Below, in pieces: positions 29,177 to 38,805 of a DNA stretch of 64,000 nt (position 1 is its first letter; every line of letters begins with the position of its first letter). The notes under the pieces are model-generated. The model was not told where the DNA came from and did not search any database. It worked only from the letters and a program-made list of their open reading frames with translations. Source of the DNA: Candidatus Poribacteria bacterium (GTDB taxonomy: Bacteria > Poribacteria > WGA-4E > PCPOR2b); NCBI GenBank assembly GCA_965208325.1, contig OZ242326.1, positions 4,032,001 through 4,096,000 of the forward strand, given 5' to 3'. The translations under genes were made by a program, and so were the position numbers.

Positions 29177-29650
29177 AAATTTTTTCGGGCATGAGATGAG
29201 AAATGTGGGGTGAGCGGTTGACAGAGTTTGTTCGGATTGTTGCAAAATGCAACAATTTTGACGGGTTAGGAGGCAAGAAAACCAGCGGTAATATGGGTTT
29301 ATGGAGGTTTCGTTGCAACATGCAACAGCGAGGCATTTCGCAACATCAATAATAACTGGGAGACGCATCGAAGCGCTATTTCGGGCGAATATCTGTCGTA
29401 TTCTTGTGTTTAGGATACTTAACGGGTACTATTTTGATTTGATCAATCCGATGGAATAGGCAGAAATTTTTGCGGGTATGAGATTAGAAGCGTGAGTCGA
29501 ACGGTTTGGGGCGTCTGTTCGGATTGTTGCAAAATGCAACAATTTTGACGGGATAGGAGGCAGGAAAACCAGCGGTGATAAGGGTTTATGGAGTTTTCGT
29601 TGCAATATGCAACAGCGAGGCATTTTGCAACATCAAAAATAACAGGGAGA
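29177..29650. repeat. Two ~187-bp direct repeats (287-bp offset) carrying TGTTGCA-N3-TGCAACA palindromes; candidate enhancer
   Basis: Copies at 29177-29363 and 29464-29650. Palindromes at 29238, 29311, 29525 and 29598, with degenerate copies at 29329 and 29616. Confidence 0.8.
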
Positions 29651-29700
29651 TAGGACCATCGCAATTGGGTGAAAAAGGCTGCCTATCGGAAGCAGATTCA

Positions 29701-29796
29701 AGTCAATTGGGTTAATATTTACGCAGGGGGTGACAGACGAATTGATGATAGAGGCAAGGAAGCCTCTCCCACCGCCAATAAGTCAATGAATGATTT
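29701..29796. repeat. Solitary diverged copy of the GTGG-REP half of the 270-bp unit
   Basis: AGTCAATTGGGT...GAGGCAAGGAAGCCTCTCCCAC...CAATGAATGATTT aligns with 12531-12619. Confidence 0.65.
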
Positions 29797-29957
29797 ATGG
29801 TTGCAATGGCTATGGCAGCCGTGAAGGATAAAATTCGATGAGTTGATAGTTGTCAGTCTCGCCTTTCAAGACTGGGAGGGAAGTGCACGCCTAGCAAGAG
29901 GGTGACGCGAGATTGCTGCGGAAAATCGTCATTCCTGCATTTTTCTAGGATCTAGTC

Positions 29958-31877
29958 CTATGCATCCGCGTCGTGTTGGCTATATTTGTTTAATTTCCGG
30001 TGAAACGTGGAGCGATCTATGCCCAGCGCTTCAGCGGCTTTGGTAACATTGTTTCCCATAACTTTGAGCGCGTTGATGATGGCTCGTCGTTCTACGGCAT
30101 CAAGCGGAACAATAACATTTGAACCAGACGCCAATAAATCGATAGCTTCAGCCGATCGAACGCTCGGAATCTGTAAAGATAGGCTGTCGGGTTGCAGGAA
30201 TTCCGTTGTCTCAAACAAAACGGCGCGCTCTATGACATTCTCTAGTTCGCGCACGTTGCCGGGAAAATCATACTGTACCAAGAGTTGCAGCGCTTCCGGA
30301 GAGATTGCGCGAATAGATTTACCACTGTCCTCGACGTATTTTTTTAGAAAGTGATTTGCCAAGGCTGGAATATCCTCAAGACGCTCTCTTAACGGCGGGA
30401 TGCGGATGGGAAAAGCGGCAATGCGGAAATATAAATCCTCCCGGAATCCACCCGCATTTACGGCTGCTTCTAAATCGCGGTTGGTCGCCGTCAATACTCG
30501 GATGTCGGTCACAATATTCGTTGCGCCGCCGACGCGTTGAAAGTGCCGCTCTTGCAAAACGCGCAACAACTTTGCTTGAAGGCTAAGTTGCATCTCGCCG
30601 ATTTCATCAAGAAAGATGGTGCCTTTGTCGGCTTGCTCAAATTTCCCAATTCTTCTAGCAGACGCCCCCGTAAAAGCCCCACGCTCATGACCGAACAACT
30701 CGCTTTCGATCAGCGATTCAGGAATAGCCGTGCAGTTGATGGTAACAAACGGCCCGGCTTTACGCTGGCTGTTATAGTGAATGGACCTCGCCACGAGTTC
30801 CTTTCCCGTACCACTCTCGCCTTGAATAAGGACAGTGATATTGCCTTCGGTAGCGCGCTGAATAAGCGAGTATAATTCCCGCATTGCTTTGCTTTTGCCT
30901 ACGATTTCATCGTAGGAGTAAGTGGTCTCAAGTGCTGTCCTCAAACGCACAACCTCCGCTTTCATCCGCTGGATTTCCGCCTCTTTGGAAATGTCGCGGT
31001 AACTGACCACCGTACCGCCTCCATCGCTCCCGGTGTTCTTGATAGGCATTGCCGTGCGATAAAAGAGTCTTTGCGTTGAGTTGTCCTTGCCATCAATTTC
31101 TTCCATAATGCTTTCCACATTTTCTAGCTGAATGATTCGATCTTCATCGGGGGCTTCGAACGCTTGCAGCCGCGCTGCAATGCGCGCCTCAAGGTCAGCA
31201 GGCGAAATCTCGTCAAGTTGACCCTTCGTCAAGTCAAACAACTGGCGATACCCATGATTGGCAAAAAGTAGATTTCCATTGTCGTCAAACATTCCAATAG
31301 CATCTCCTGAGGCATCAATCACGGTTTCAAGCCTTCGATGGTTAGTTGCAAGTTGCCGTCGATTTTTTTTCAATTCCTGCTCGATGTTCCACTTCTGAAC
31401 CAGAGACATAGTGATTTGCTGCACTTCCTCCCGCGCGAACGGTTTTCTAATATAAAGCAGCTTGTGAAGCAATTCCATATCCCGCACGATTTCAGGCAGC
31501 GGCTTGTCCGTATAGGCGGTCATAATCACTATCTCAATGTTTTTATCAATTTTTCTGATTCGGCGGATAGTTTCAATGCCATCTATTCCCGGCGGCATCC
31601 TGATATCAACGTAGGCAACAGCTACGGGCTCGCTCGAGTCTTTCGCGGACTTTACCATGGTGTAAGCTTGTTCGCCGCTAGAAGCGTGGAAGAGTTTGAG
31701 CTCCGGTAAAAACGTGTCATCGGATTCCTCAAGAAAGGCTTCCGCAAGATCATCAGTCGAGGTTTCTGAAGAAGGACCGGAGAACAACATATCATCAAAG
31801 TCGTCGTGGATGTTTTCTTGATCGTCAACAATAAGGACGCGGTTATTCCATTCTGGGTTTTGATTTCTCGGATTCAC
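29958..31877 (-). CDS. Sigma-54-dependent response regulator (REC-PAS-AAA+-Fis HTH)
   Basis: LIVDD, VDIRMPPGIDG, GESGTGKE, ESELFGHERGAFTGA, FLDEIGE, FPGNVRELEN and NVTKAAEALGIDRSTF motifs. GTG at 31877 after GGAGG is preferred over 31958. Confidence 0.93.
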   Translation of the reverse strand: MNPRNQNPEWNNRVLIVDDQENIHDDFDDMLFSGPSSETSTDDLAEAFLEESDDTFLPELKLFHASSGEQAYTMVKSAKDSSEPVAVAYVDIRMPPGIDGIETIRRIRKIDKNIEIVIMTAYTDKPLPEIVRDMELLHKLLYIRKPFAREEVQQITMSLVQKWNIEQELKKNRRQLATNHRRLETVIDASGDAIGMFDDNGNLLFANHGYRQLFDLTKGQLDEISPADLEARIAARLQAFEAPDEDRIIQLENVESIMEEIDGKDNSTQRLFYRTAMPIKNTGSDGGGTVVSYRDISKEAEIQRMKAEVVRLRTALETTYSYDEIVGKSKAMRELYSLIQRATEGNITVLIQGESGTGKELVARSIHYNSQRKAGPFVTINCTAIPESLIESELFGHERGAFTGASARRIGKFEQADKGTIFLDEIGEMQLSLQAKLLRVLQERHFQRVGGATNIVTDIRVLTATNRDLEAAVNAGGFREDLYFRIAAFPIRIPPLRERLEDIPALANHFLKKYVEDSGKSIRAISPEALQLLVQYDFPGNVRELENVIERAVLFETTEFLQPDSLSLQIPSVRSAEAIDLLASGSNVIVPLDAVERRAIINALKVMGNNVTKAAEALGIDRSTFHRKLNKYSQHDADA

Positions 31878-31994
31878 TTTTTTCCTCCGGTATAAGCGTC
31901 TGTTTTGGAATGAGAGCTTGATTGAAGCGTGATTATCGGTAGTGCTAAATGCCTTCAACGGCCGTCGCCGCGTAACGTGATTCGAAACTTTTTT

Positions 31995-34454
31995 CTATGG
32001 TGTAACAGAGACCAACCGGAGCATGATACGCATGGTTGTGCCTTTGCCAATCCCTTCACTCAACGCGTGGATTTGGCCGCCGCAGCCAATGACGAAATTC
32101 GCTGTTGAATGCAAACCCAGTCCGCTTCCGGAATTTTTGGTGGTGTAACCGGCGGCGAAGACTTTCTTGTAGTTTTCCGGTTCTAGCCCGATTCCGTTGT
32201 CCGTTACGTCAATGAAAAGAAAGTCGTCCTTAACATACCCGTTAATCTCTATGCTAGGGGTTTCATTCTGTCCACCGGTTTGCGTGAGTTCGTCAATGGC
32301 TTCAATGGAATTCTTGATTAAGTTGACTATCATTTGATGGAATTGGTTCTCCTGGATTCGTACCTCCATGGGCGCATTTGAACAGTCAATCTTAATCTGA
32401 ATTCCTCTTTGGTCAATTGAATCTTGGAGCAGTTTGGCAGCATCCGCCAGCGCCTTCTGAAGAATGACATCCTTGCGAACTACACTTACATTGCTATACG
32501 ATTTCTGCGTCCGGATAATTTCGGCGATGTGCGTTGACCTGCCATTGACGCGCTCCACAGTGCGAATCAACTTCTCATTCTGATTGGAGAAATCTTCGGC
32601 GAGCCCAAGCACAAACGGTAGCACCTTTTGTCCCTGCGGATCGTTTTTGATGTAGTCAATCCAGTCCATTTCATGCATCTTAATAGCATTCGCCAAGGCA
32701 GTAAAGCGTTGGATTAGCTTATCTTCAACTAGCTCATCATACAGGGTACCTATGCCTACCATAACGCTGTTTATTGCATTCCCTATATTGTGGAGGATAG
32801 TATCAACAATCTCCAACCGCCCTTGGGCAAATGCTTGTGCCAAGGCTTCCTCTTCAAGCATTCGTTGGGTGACATCGCGAAAAACGACGACACCGCCGTT
32901 TTCAATACCCCATTGATTGCGGATAGGCCTCCCGCTTGCGCTAATAAAGACACCCTCCGGAAAAATCTCACTGTTGGAAACAAACATATTGACTTCGTCG
33001 ATTTCCTCGCCTTGGATGGCAAGTCTAAGCGGTAGTTGATCTAGTGGATACAGCGTGACTCGGTCGGGAAAATAGAAATCATGCCCGGCAATCAACGCAT
33101 CAAGCGTCCACATCTCGGGCGGCTGATCCCAAAATTTGCGCCTAAGAATTCGATCGGCGCCAGGATTAAAGATTTTTATCTCAGAGTTTTCATTGCCGAC
33201 TATAACGCCGTCACTGATGCTTTCAAAGATGGACTCCATGAACTGCGCCTGGCTGGTTAGCCTGTCGATTGTCTGTTCTAACTTAATCTCTGTCTCCTTG
33301 AGTTTCGTGACATCTCGGAAGATGATAACGCCGCCGCGCACGCCGCCTTCCTTTTCAAGCAACGGTCTTCCACTGACGTTGATAAAAACTCCATCCGGCT
33401 TCATCGCGTTTCTTTGAAATAGATCGATGCTATCGGTCTCCTTGCCTTGCATCGCGTGTACAAGCGGAAGTTCGTGTGCTGGGTAAGGCGTCGATCTGTC
33501 CGGATAAAAGGTGCCGTACGTTTCCGACCATTCGCTGGGTTGGGTGTCGGTTTCTCCCATGCCGACAATCCTTTCGGCGCTCGGATTAACAAGCAGGAAA
33601 TTGCCCGCTTCGTCGGTAGCGACAACGCCGTCACTCATACTATCAAATACGGTTTCCATCAGTTGGGTTTGTTTTTGAAGTTCATCAATTGTCAGTTCCA
33701 GATTGCGCTCGGCAGTTTTGAGTTTTGAAATGTCGTGGAAAACCATCACGGCGCCGTAGTTATTTTCATACGCGTCAACAATAGGCGCTACCGTAAAGTC
33801 GACGTGAGTTTCCTTGCCGTCTGCATGCATGAGTGTCGTAACGAAGTTTGTGTAGTTGTCTACGCTGCCTTCCGCGGGGGAAGCTAAGTCAGCTTTGGTT
33901 TTGAATACTTGCGCCAGCGGCCTGCCCTTCGCTTTCTCTTGGCTCCACCCTGTCAAACGCTCGGCGACTGAATTCATATAGCTAACTAACCCTTTTTTGT
34001 CGGTGGCGATCACACCTTCGCCGATACTGTTCAAAATGGTCGCGCGCCGGCGTTCTTTTTCAACCAATCTCTTATCTTCCTCATACCAGAATAGATGGTT
34101 CTCAATGCTGAGAATCAATTGGTTGGTGTCATAAGGTTTGAAAACATGCCCAAATGCTCTGGTTTCCTTGACGCGCCGAAGCAACGCCGCGTTAACGTAG
34201 CCGGTAAGAAAAATGATTGGAATGTCCAAGCGCTCATTTACGTTCTTGGCAATATCAATGCCATTCATGCTTTCTTGAGGTCCCACATCAATTAAGGCTA
34301 AATCGGGCGCAATATCCATCGCAGTTTCAACAACTTGTGAGTCGGCTGGAATTGCGGCGCAGATATCATATCCTACACCAGTAAGCCGTTCCGCGATATC
34401 GTCGGCGATGCGGGGATTATCCCCGACAATAAGAATCTTCGTTTGCTCGGGCAC
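31995..34454 (-). CDS. Cytoplasmic histidine kinase: REC + 3 PAS + HisKA/HATPase
   Basis: N-terminal receiver (PDLALID, FKP), three PAS repeats, H-box ILHNIGNAINS, NLIKNS, DNGIG and GSGLGL. No TM helix. Confidence 0.9.
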   Translation of the reverse strand: MPEQTKILIVGDNPRIADDIAERLTGVGYDICAAIPADSQVVETAMDIAPDLALIDVGPQESMNGIDIAKNVNERLDIPIIFLTGYVNAALLRRVKETRAFGHVFKPYDTNQLILSIENHLFWYEEDKRLVEKERRRATILNSIGEGVIATDKKGLVSYMNSVAERLTGWSQEKAKGRPLAQVFKTKADLASPAEGSVDNYTNFVTTLMHADGKETHVDFTVAPIVDAYENNYGAVMVFHDISKLKTAERNLELTIDELQKQTQLMETVFDSMSDGVVATDEAGNFLLVNPSAERIVGMGETDTQPSEWSETYGTFYPDRSTPYPAHELPLVHAMQGKETDSIDLFQRNAMKPDGVFINVSGRPLLEKEGGVRGGVIIFRDVTKLKETEIKLEQTIDRLTSQAQFMESIFESISDGVIVGNENSEIKIFNPGADRILRRKFWDQPPEMWTLDALIAGHDFYFPDRVTLYPLDQLPLRLAIQGEEIDEVNMFVSNSEIFPEGVFISASGRPIRNQWGIENGGVVVFRDVTQRMLEEEALAQAFAQGRLEIVDTILHNIGNAINSVMVGIGTLYDELVEDKLIQRFTALANAIKMHEMDWIDYIKNDPQGQKVLPFVLGLAEDFSNQNEKLIRTVERVNGRSTHIAEIIRTQKSYSNVSVVRKDVILQKALADAAKLLQDSIDQRGIQIKIDCSNAPMEVRIQENQFHQMIVNLIKNSIEAIDELTQTGGQNETPSIEINGYVKDDFLFIDVTDNGIGLEPENYKKVFAAGYTTKNSGSGLGLHSTANFVIGCGGQIHALSEGIGKGTTMRIMLRLVSVTP

Positions 34455-34610
34455 AGTGGTTTCTCCTTAATTGTCGGTAGATGCAATAGATCTACCTTGA
34501 ATCCAAGCCGCAAGTGAACCATTCGCTTTCGGGTTCACCCAGGCAATTTACGCCCATCATTGCACGCCAATTATGTGGATCGCTCCACAATGCCGCTAAA
34601 ATTGTCGCAA

Positions 34611-37600
34611 CTACGGGATGATAGAATCGAGCCGAAGCATAACCCGCATTGTTGTGCCCTTACCGATTCCCTCACTCAACGGGTAGATTTTCCCGCCGGA
34701 GCCAACAACAAAGTTCGCGGTCGAGTGAAGCCCTAATCCGCTTCCTGACGCCTTAGTCGTGTAACCTGCCGCAAATATCGTTTTAAATTTGGTATTTTCA
34801 ATGCCGACGCCGTTATCAGTCACGTCAATGCAGAGATGGTTTTCCTTTAAGTAGGCTTTTACTTCAATGCGAGGCGGCTGTGCGATGCCGCCGGAATTTC
34901 CAAGTTCATCAATTGCTTCAACAGAATTCTTGATTAGATTGACTATCATCTGATGAAATTGGCTTTCTTGAATTCGAATTTCTTGAGGCGCCTTCTGGCA
35001 GTCTATATCGAGCTGAATCCCTCTTTTGTCTAATGAGTCTTGTAGTAACTTAACTCCATCATTGATGATTTTCTTTAAGTCAACATCCTTTCGGACGGCG
35101 CTAGTGTCGCTAAACGATTTTTGCGTACGCACAATATCGACAATGTGTGTTGCCCTGTTGTTAACCCGTTCAACCGTATTTATCAGGTCTTCATTCTGTT
35201 TTGTAAAATCTTCGGCGAGCGCTAACACAAAGGGCAACACCTTCTGTCCTTGTGGATTATGTTTGATGTAATCAATCCAATCATCCTGATTCGCCCTAAT
35301 AGCGTCCGCAAGGGCGTTGAATCGGTGTATCAACCGATTCTCGGTTAAACGGCTATTTAGCGTACCAATACCTGTCACGACACTGTTGATGGCGTTACCG
35401 ATATTGTGGAGAATAGTATCCACAATTTCCAGACGACCTTGCGAAAAGGCTTGCGCCAACGCTTCCTCGGCGAAGATTTTATCCGAAACATCGCGGAAGA
35501 CGACCACGCCTCCTTTTCGATTTCCGTTTCGGTCGCGCAGAGGCCTGCCGCTGACACTGATATATAACCCGTCCGGCAATTTAGGGTTGCGCACGAACAT
35601 CTCAATGCTGTCAGTTCCCTCACCGCGTATTGCTTTAACGAGCGGGAGTTCTTCAGGTGGAAACGGTGTTTCTCTGTCGGGAAAGAAAAGTCCGTATTGG
35701 TCCGACCATTCATCGGGTTCCGTATCGGTTGCGCCTTGCCCGACTATTCGTTCCGCGCTTGGGTTGAATATGGTGAAATGGCCATTTTCATCGGCGACGA
35801 CGACACCATCGCTGATACTATCAAATATGGACTGCATGAGTTGGCGTTGGTGTTCAAGTTGATTAATTGAGTCTTTGAGTTGCTGTTCTGTTCTCTTGAT
35901 TCTTGTGATATCGCGGGCAATCGCAACCCCGCCTTCAATTTCCCCCGACTCGTTAAGCAATGGATTTGCGCTGATACTGACATGCACCCCATCTGGCAAC
36001 ATCTGGTTTCGCACAACCATTTCAACCTCAGTTACTTCCTCTCCCCGCAGTGCGCGGGCGATCGGAAGCTCGTCAAAAGGAAAGATGGTTTTGTTATCGG
36101 GAAGGAACAATCCGTATTTCTCGGGCGCTCGGGTAAGATTTTCCAATTTGCGCCCGACCATTCCTTCAACAGTACGGTTAAACATTACGTATTGCCCTTT
36201 ATCATTAGCCACGATGAGGCCATCACCAATACTGTTGAAAATAGTATTCAACAAGAGGGTTTGACTTTGCAGTTCCTCAACTGTTTTCGCTAGGCGATTT
36301 TCTACCGACTTCAACTTGGTGATATTTCGCAACACACTTACGCCTCCACGCAAGGCACCGTTTTCATCAAACAGCGGGCGGCCAGTGACTCGTATATGAG
36401 CTCCATCGGGCCGCTCCGAGTTCCGCAAGAAAAGATCTACATCGGTTGAGTCTTTCCCTTGCATTGCGAGAACGAGGGGCAGTTCATTTGATGGATACGG
36501 TGTCACCGTATCCGGATAGAAAACGCCGTACAGTTCACTCCACTTTTCGGGTGTTGCCGCAATAGCGCCCAAACCCGTGATTTGCTCTGCCATCGGATTA
36601 ACAAATAGGAATTTACCCATCTTGTCGGTTACAATGATTCCTTCGCTGAGGCTGTTGAATACTGTGTCCATGAGTTGCGCCTGCTCCTGATACTTCTGCA
36701 TCATTTGTTGTAATTCAGTCATCGCCATTTTGTCCGATGTAATGTCGCGTATGACTGCGATGGCGCCCGTAACTTCGGTGCTGTCATTACCATGAAGCGG
36801 GTAAGCCTTTGCGCGGAGGTAAGTTTTGCCCCGCTTTTTATCATTCTGCAGAAAGAACTCCATCTCCTCAGATTCTTCGCCGTTAAGGGCACGGACGAGA
36901 AGGTTTTCATGCGTGGGAACTTCGGTCTCTTCGTCTATATGAAACAATCCGTACTTTTGAGCCCACTCTTCGGGCGGTGCGTCTTCCACTTTCACGCCGC
37001 TCATTCGCTGCAAACTGGGATTGGCAAGTAAGATTCTGGCAGAGGAATCCATCACCACTACACCATCGCTGATACTATCAAAGGCAGTTTCCATGAGTCG
37101 AGTCTGCTGTTTGAGTTCCTGAATGGTAAATTCCAATCTAGCTTCAGTTGCTTTGAGTTGTGTTATGTCGCTGAAAACTGCGACGCCGCCGCTTAAATTT
37201 CCCCGTTCGTCAAAAAGGGGCCTACCGTTGACGTTAAGAACATAGGTCTTGTTTTCACGCCGCACTTGCATCAGGGCGTTGTCTGTCGACTCGCCGCGTA
37301 ACGCACGCACCAGCGGCAATTCATCCGCGGTATACATAGTTTCCCCATCAAGATGATACACCTGATATATCTCTGACCATTCATTTAACTCGGCGAGTAC
37401 AGGAAAAGAACCTGTGACTTGCTCCGTCGGAGCATTATAGAGCAAATTATTGCCGTCAAAATCCATTGCTATCACGCCGTCCGCTATTGTGCTAACGATG
37501 GTTTCCATGATTTTGGTCTGATTTTCGAGTTTGCTGATTGTTTCCCTCAATTCGTTTTCGATGTCCTTGAGTTGTGTGACATCGTGCGTAACTACCACGC

Positions 37601-38369
37601 CTCCTTTCAATTCTCCGTTAATGTCGTAAAGGGGCCGCCCGCTGACATTGATACGAACCCCTTCCGGCCGCTTTTCATTGCGCACGTACATCTCGATATT
37701 GTCCGTCATCTCACCGCGAATGGCACGTACTAGCGGCAATTCCTCCTCCTTAAAGAGAGTTTCACCATCAGCGTGGAAGAGACCGTAAGTTTCACTTCTC
37801 TCGGCAAAGGGAATGCTTGGCATGCCAGGGCCGTTCAACTCTTCAGCGGTCGGATTAAACATGAAGTAATCCCCATTTACATTCGACGCGATAACTCCGT
37901 CGCTGATATTATCAAAAATTACCTTCATGAATCCGACGCGTTCTTCCAACCGCTGAATTGTCGATTTTAGCTCCGTCTCTTTCTCGGCAAGTTGTTGAAG
38001 TTTCCGATGACGACGCAAGCTTTTTTCGATGCTCAAACGCAACTGGTTTGTATCATGGGGCTGGAAGACGCACTCAAACTGAAATGCGTCGGATAACTGC
38101 TCAATCAATTCTTCGGTCAATTCCCCAATTAGCCATACGACTGGGATTTTAAACCGACTATTTATCTTCTTTATGAGCTGAATGTCAGGTTTTTGTAGTT
38201 CCACGTTGATTATGGCTATGTCGGGAGAGATTTCTTCCACCTTTCCTTCGGCTTGTGCATCGGAGGCAACCGAGGCACATACCGAATATCCAGCTTTTTT
38301 GAGTCGTCCCGCTAAGTCTTGAGCAACGAAGGGGATGTGTTCAACAATCAGGACTTTTGCGCTTGCCAT
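34611..38369 (-). CDS. Cytoplasmic histidine kinase: pseudo-receiver + 6 PAS + HisKA/HATPase
   Basis: Six homologous PAS units (FDSISDGV...ELPLVRA.RGE...GGVVVF.D). Kinase core is closely similar to the neighbouring kinase. The receiver has Asn at the phospho-Asp position (PDIAIIN). Confidence 0.9.
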   Translation of the reverse strand: MASAKVLIVEHIPFVAQDLAGRLKKAGYSVCASVASDAQAEGKVEEISPDIAIINVELQKPDIQLIKKINSRFKIPVVWLIGELTEELIEQLSDAFQFECVFQPHDTNQLRLSIEKSLRRHRKLQQLAEKETELKSTIQRLEERVGFMKVIFDNISDGVIASNVNGDYFMFNPTAEELNGPGMPSIPFAERSETYGLFHADGETLFKEEELPLVRAIRGEMTDNIEMYVRNEKRPEGVRINVSGRPLYDINGELKGGVVVTHDVTQLKDIENELRETISKLENQTKIMETIVSTIADGVIAMDFDGNNLLYNAPTEQVTGSFPVLAELNEWSEIYQVYHLDGETMYTADELPLVRALRGESTDNALMQVRRENKTYVLNVNGRPLFDERGNLSGGVAVFSDITQLKATEARLEFTIQELKQQTRLMETAFDSISDGVVVMDSSARILLANPSLQRMSGVKVEDAPPEEWAQKYGLFHIDEETEVPTHENLLVRALNGEESEEMEFFLQNDKKRGKTYLRAKAYPLHGNDSTEVTGAIAVIRDITSDKMAMTELQQMMQKYQEQAQLMDTVFNSLSEGIIVTDKMGKFLFVNPMAEQITGLGAIAATPEKWSELYGVFYPDTVTPYPSNELPLVLAMQGKDSTDVDLFLRNSERPDGAHIRVTGRPLFDENGALRGGVSVLRNITKLKSVENRLAKTVEELQSQTLLLNTIFNSIGDGLIVANDKGQYVMFNRTVEGMVGRKLENLTRAPEKYGLFLPDNKTIFPFDELPIARALRGEEVTEVEMVVRNQMLPDGVHVSISANPLLNESGEIEGGVAIARDITRIKRTEQQLKDSINQLEHQRQLMQSIFDSISDGVVVADENGHFTIFNPSAERIVGQGATDTEPDEWSDQYGLFFPDRETPFPPEELPLVKAIRGEGTDSIEMFVRNPKLPDGLYISVSGRPLRDRNGNRKGGVVVFRDVSDKIFAEEALAQAFSQGRLEIVDTILHNIGNAINSVVTGIGTLNSRLTENRLIHRFNALADAIRANQDDWIDYIKHNPQGQKVLPFVLALAEDFTKQNEDLINTVERVNNRATHIVDIVRTQKSFSDTSAVRKDVDLKKIINDGVKLLQDSLDKRGIQLDIDCQKAPQEIRIQESQFHQMIVNLIKNSVEAIDELGNSGGIAQPPRIEVKAYLKENHLCIDVTDNGVGIENTKFKTIFAAGYTTKASGSGLGLHSTANFVVGSGGKIYPLSEGIGKGTTMRVMLRLDSIIP

Positions 38370-38579
38370 TTAATTCTCCTGTAACGGTTTAGTTCAAGGA
38401 ATTGGTCTATCTAGCTGCGGGGCTGTCGAGTTTGGCCCATGAAGGCGGCGAAATGGAAGTGATTTTGTGCTTCTACGTTAATGTATAAATCAAGCCGCAT
38501 AACCATGACCGCCCGGCTTGCGGATGGAAACGGAAAGCTATCATCCGAACATCTGCAGCCAAGTTCAATACTCAATATA

Positions 38580-38596
38580 CGCAATTTATATGCCAG
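38580..38596 (-). promoter_or_regulatory. Sigma-54 (-24/-12) promoter upstream of the kinase-kinase-regulator cluster
   Basis: Minus strand CTGGCATATAAATTGCG, matching TGGCA(C/T)-N5-TTGC. Lies ~210 nt upstream of ATG 38369. Confidence 0.7.
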
Positions 38597-38805
38597 TCCG
38601 AGCGGATTAGGCCTAATTTCATTCAACCAAATTCAGACAGATTGAGATAATCTAGACTCATGCCTACAAGAGAATTTTTCACACCACTGAGTGAAAAGGC
38701 TAATTCGGCGATTCTGGAAGGTGTTAACAATCTTGGTAGGCGCAATGGCTTTCTTCAAGAATGTCAGCCATCTGCCTTTGATTGCTATGTCGTTGGGTCA
38801 TACAT

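Noticed and set aside
29159..29664. Similar short ORFs in the 187-bp duplicated cassette as a small-protein family
   Set aside because: Their similarity is explained by the DNA repeat; starts and frames differ, and the conserved feature is the palindromes.
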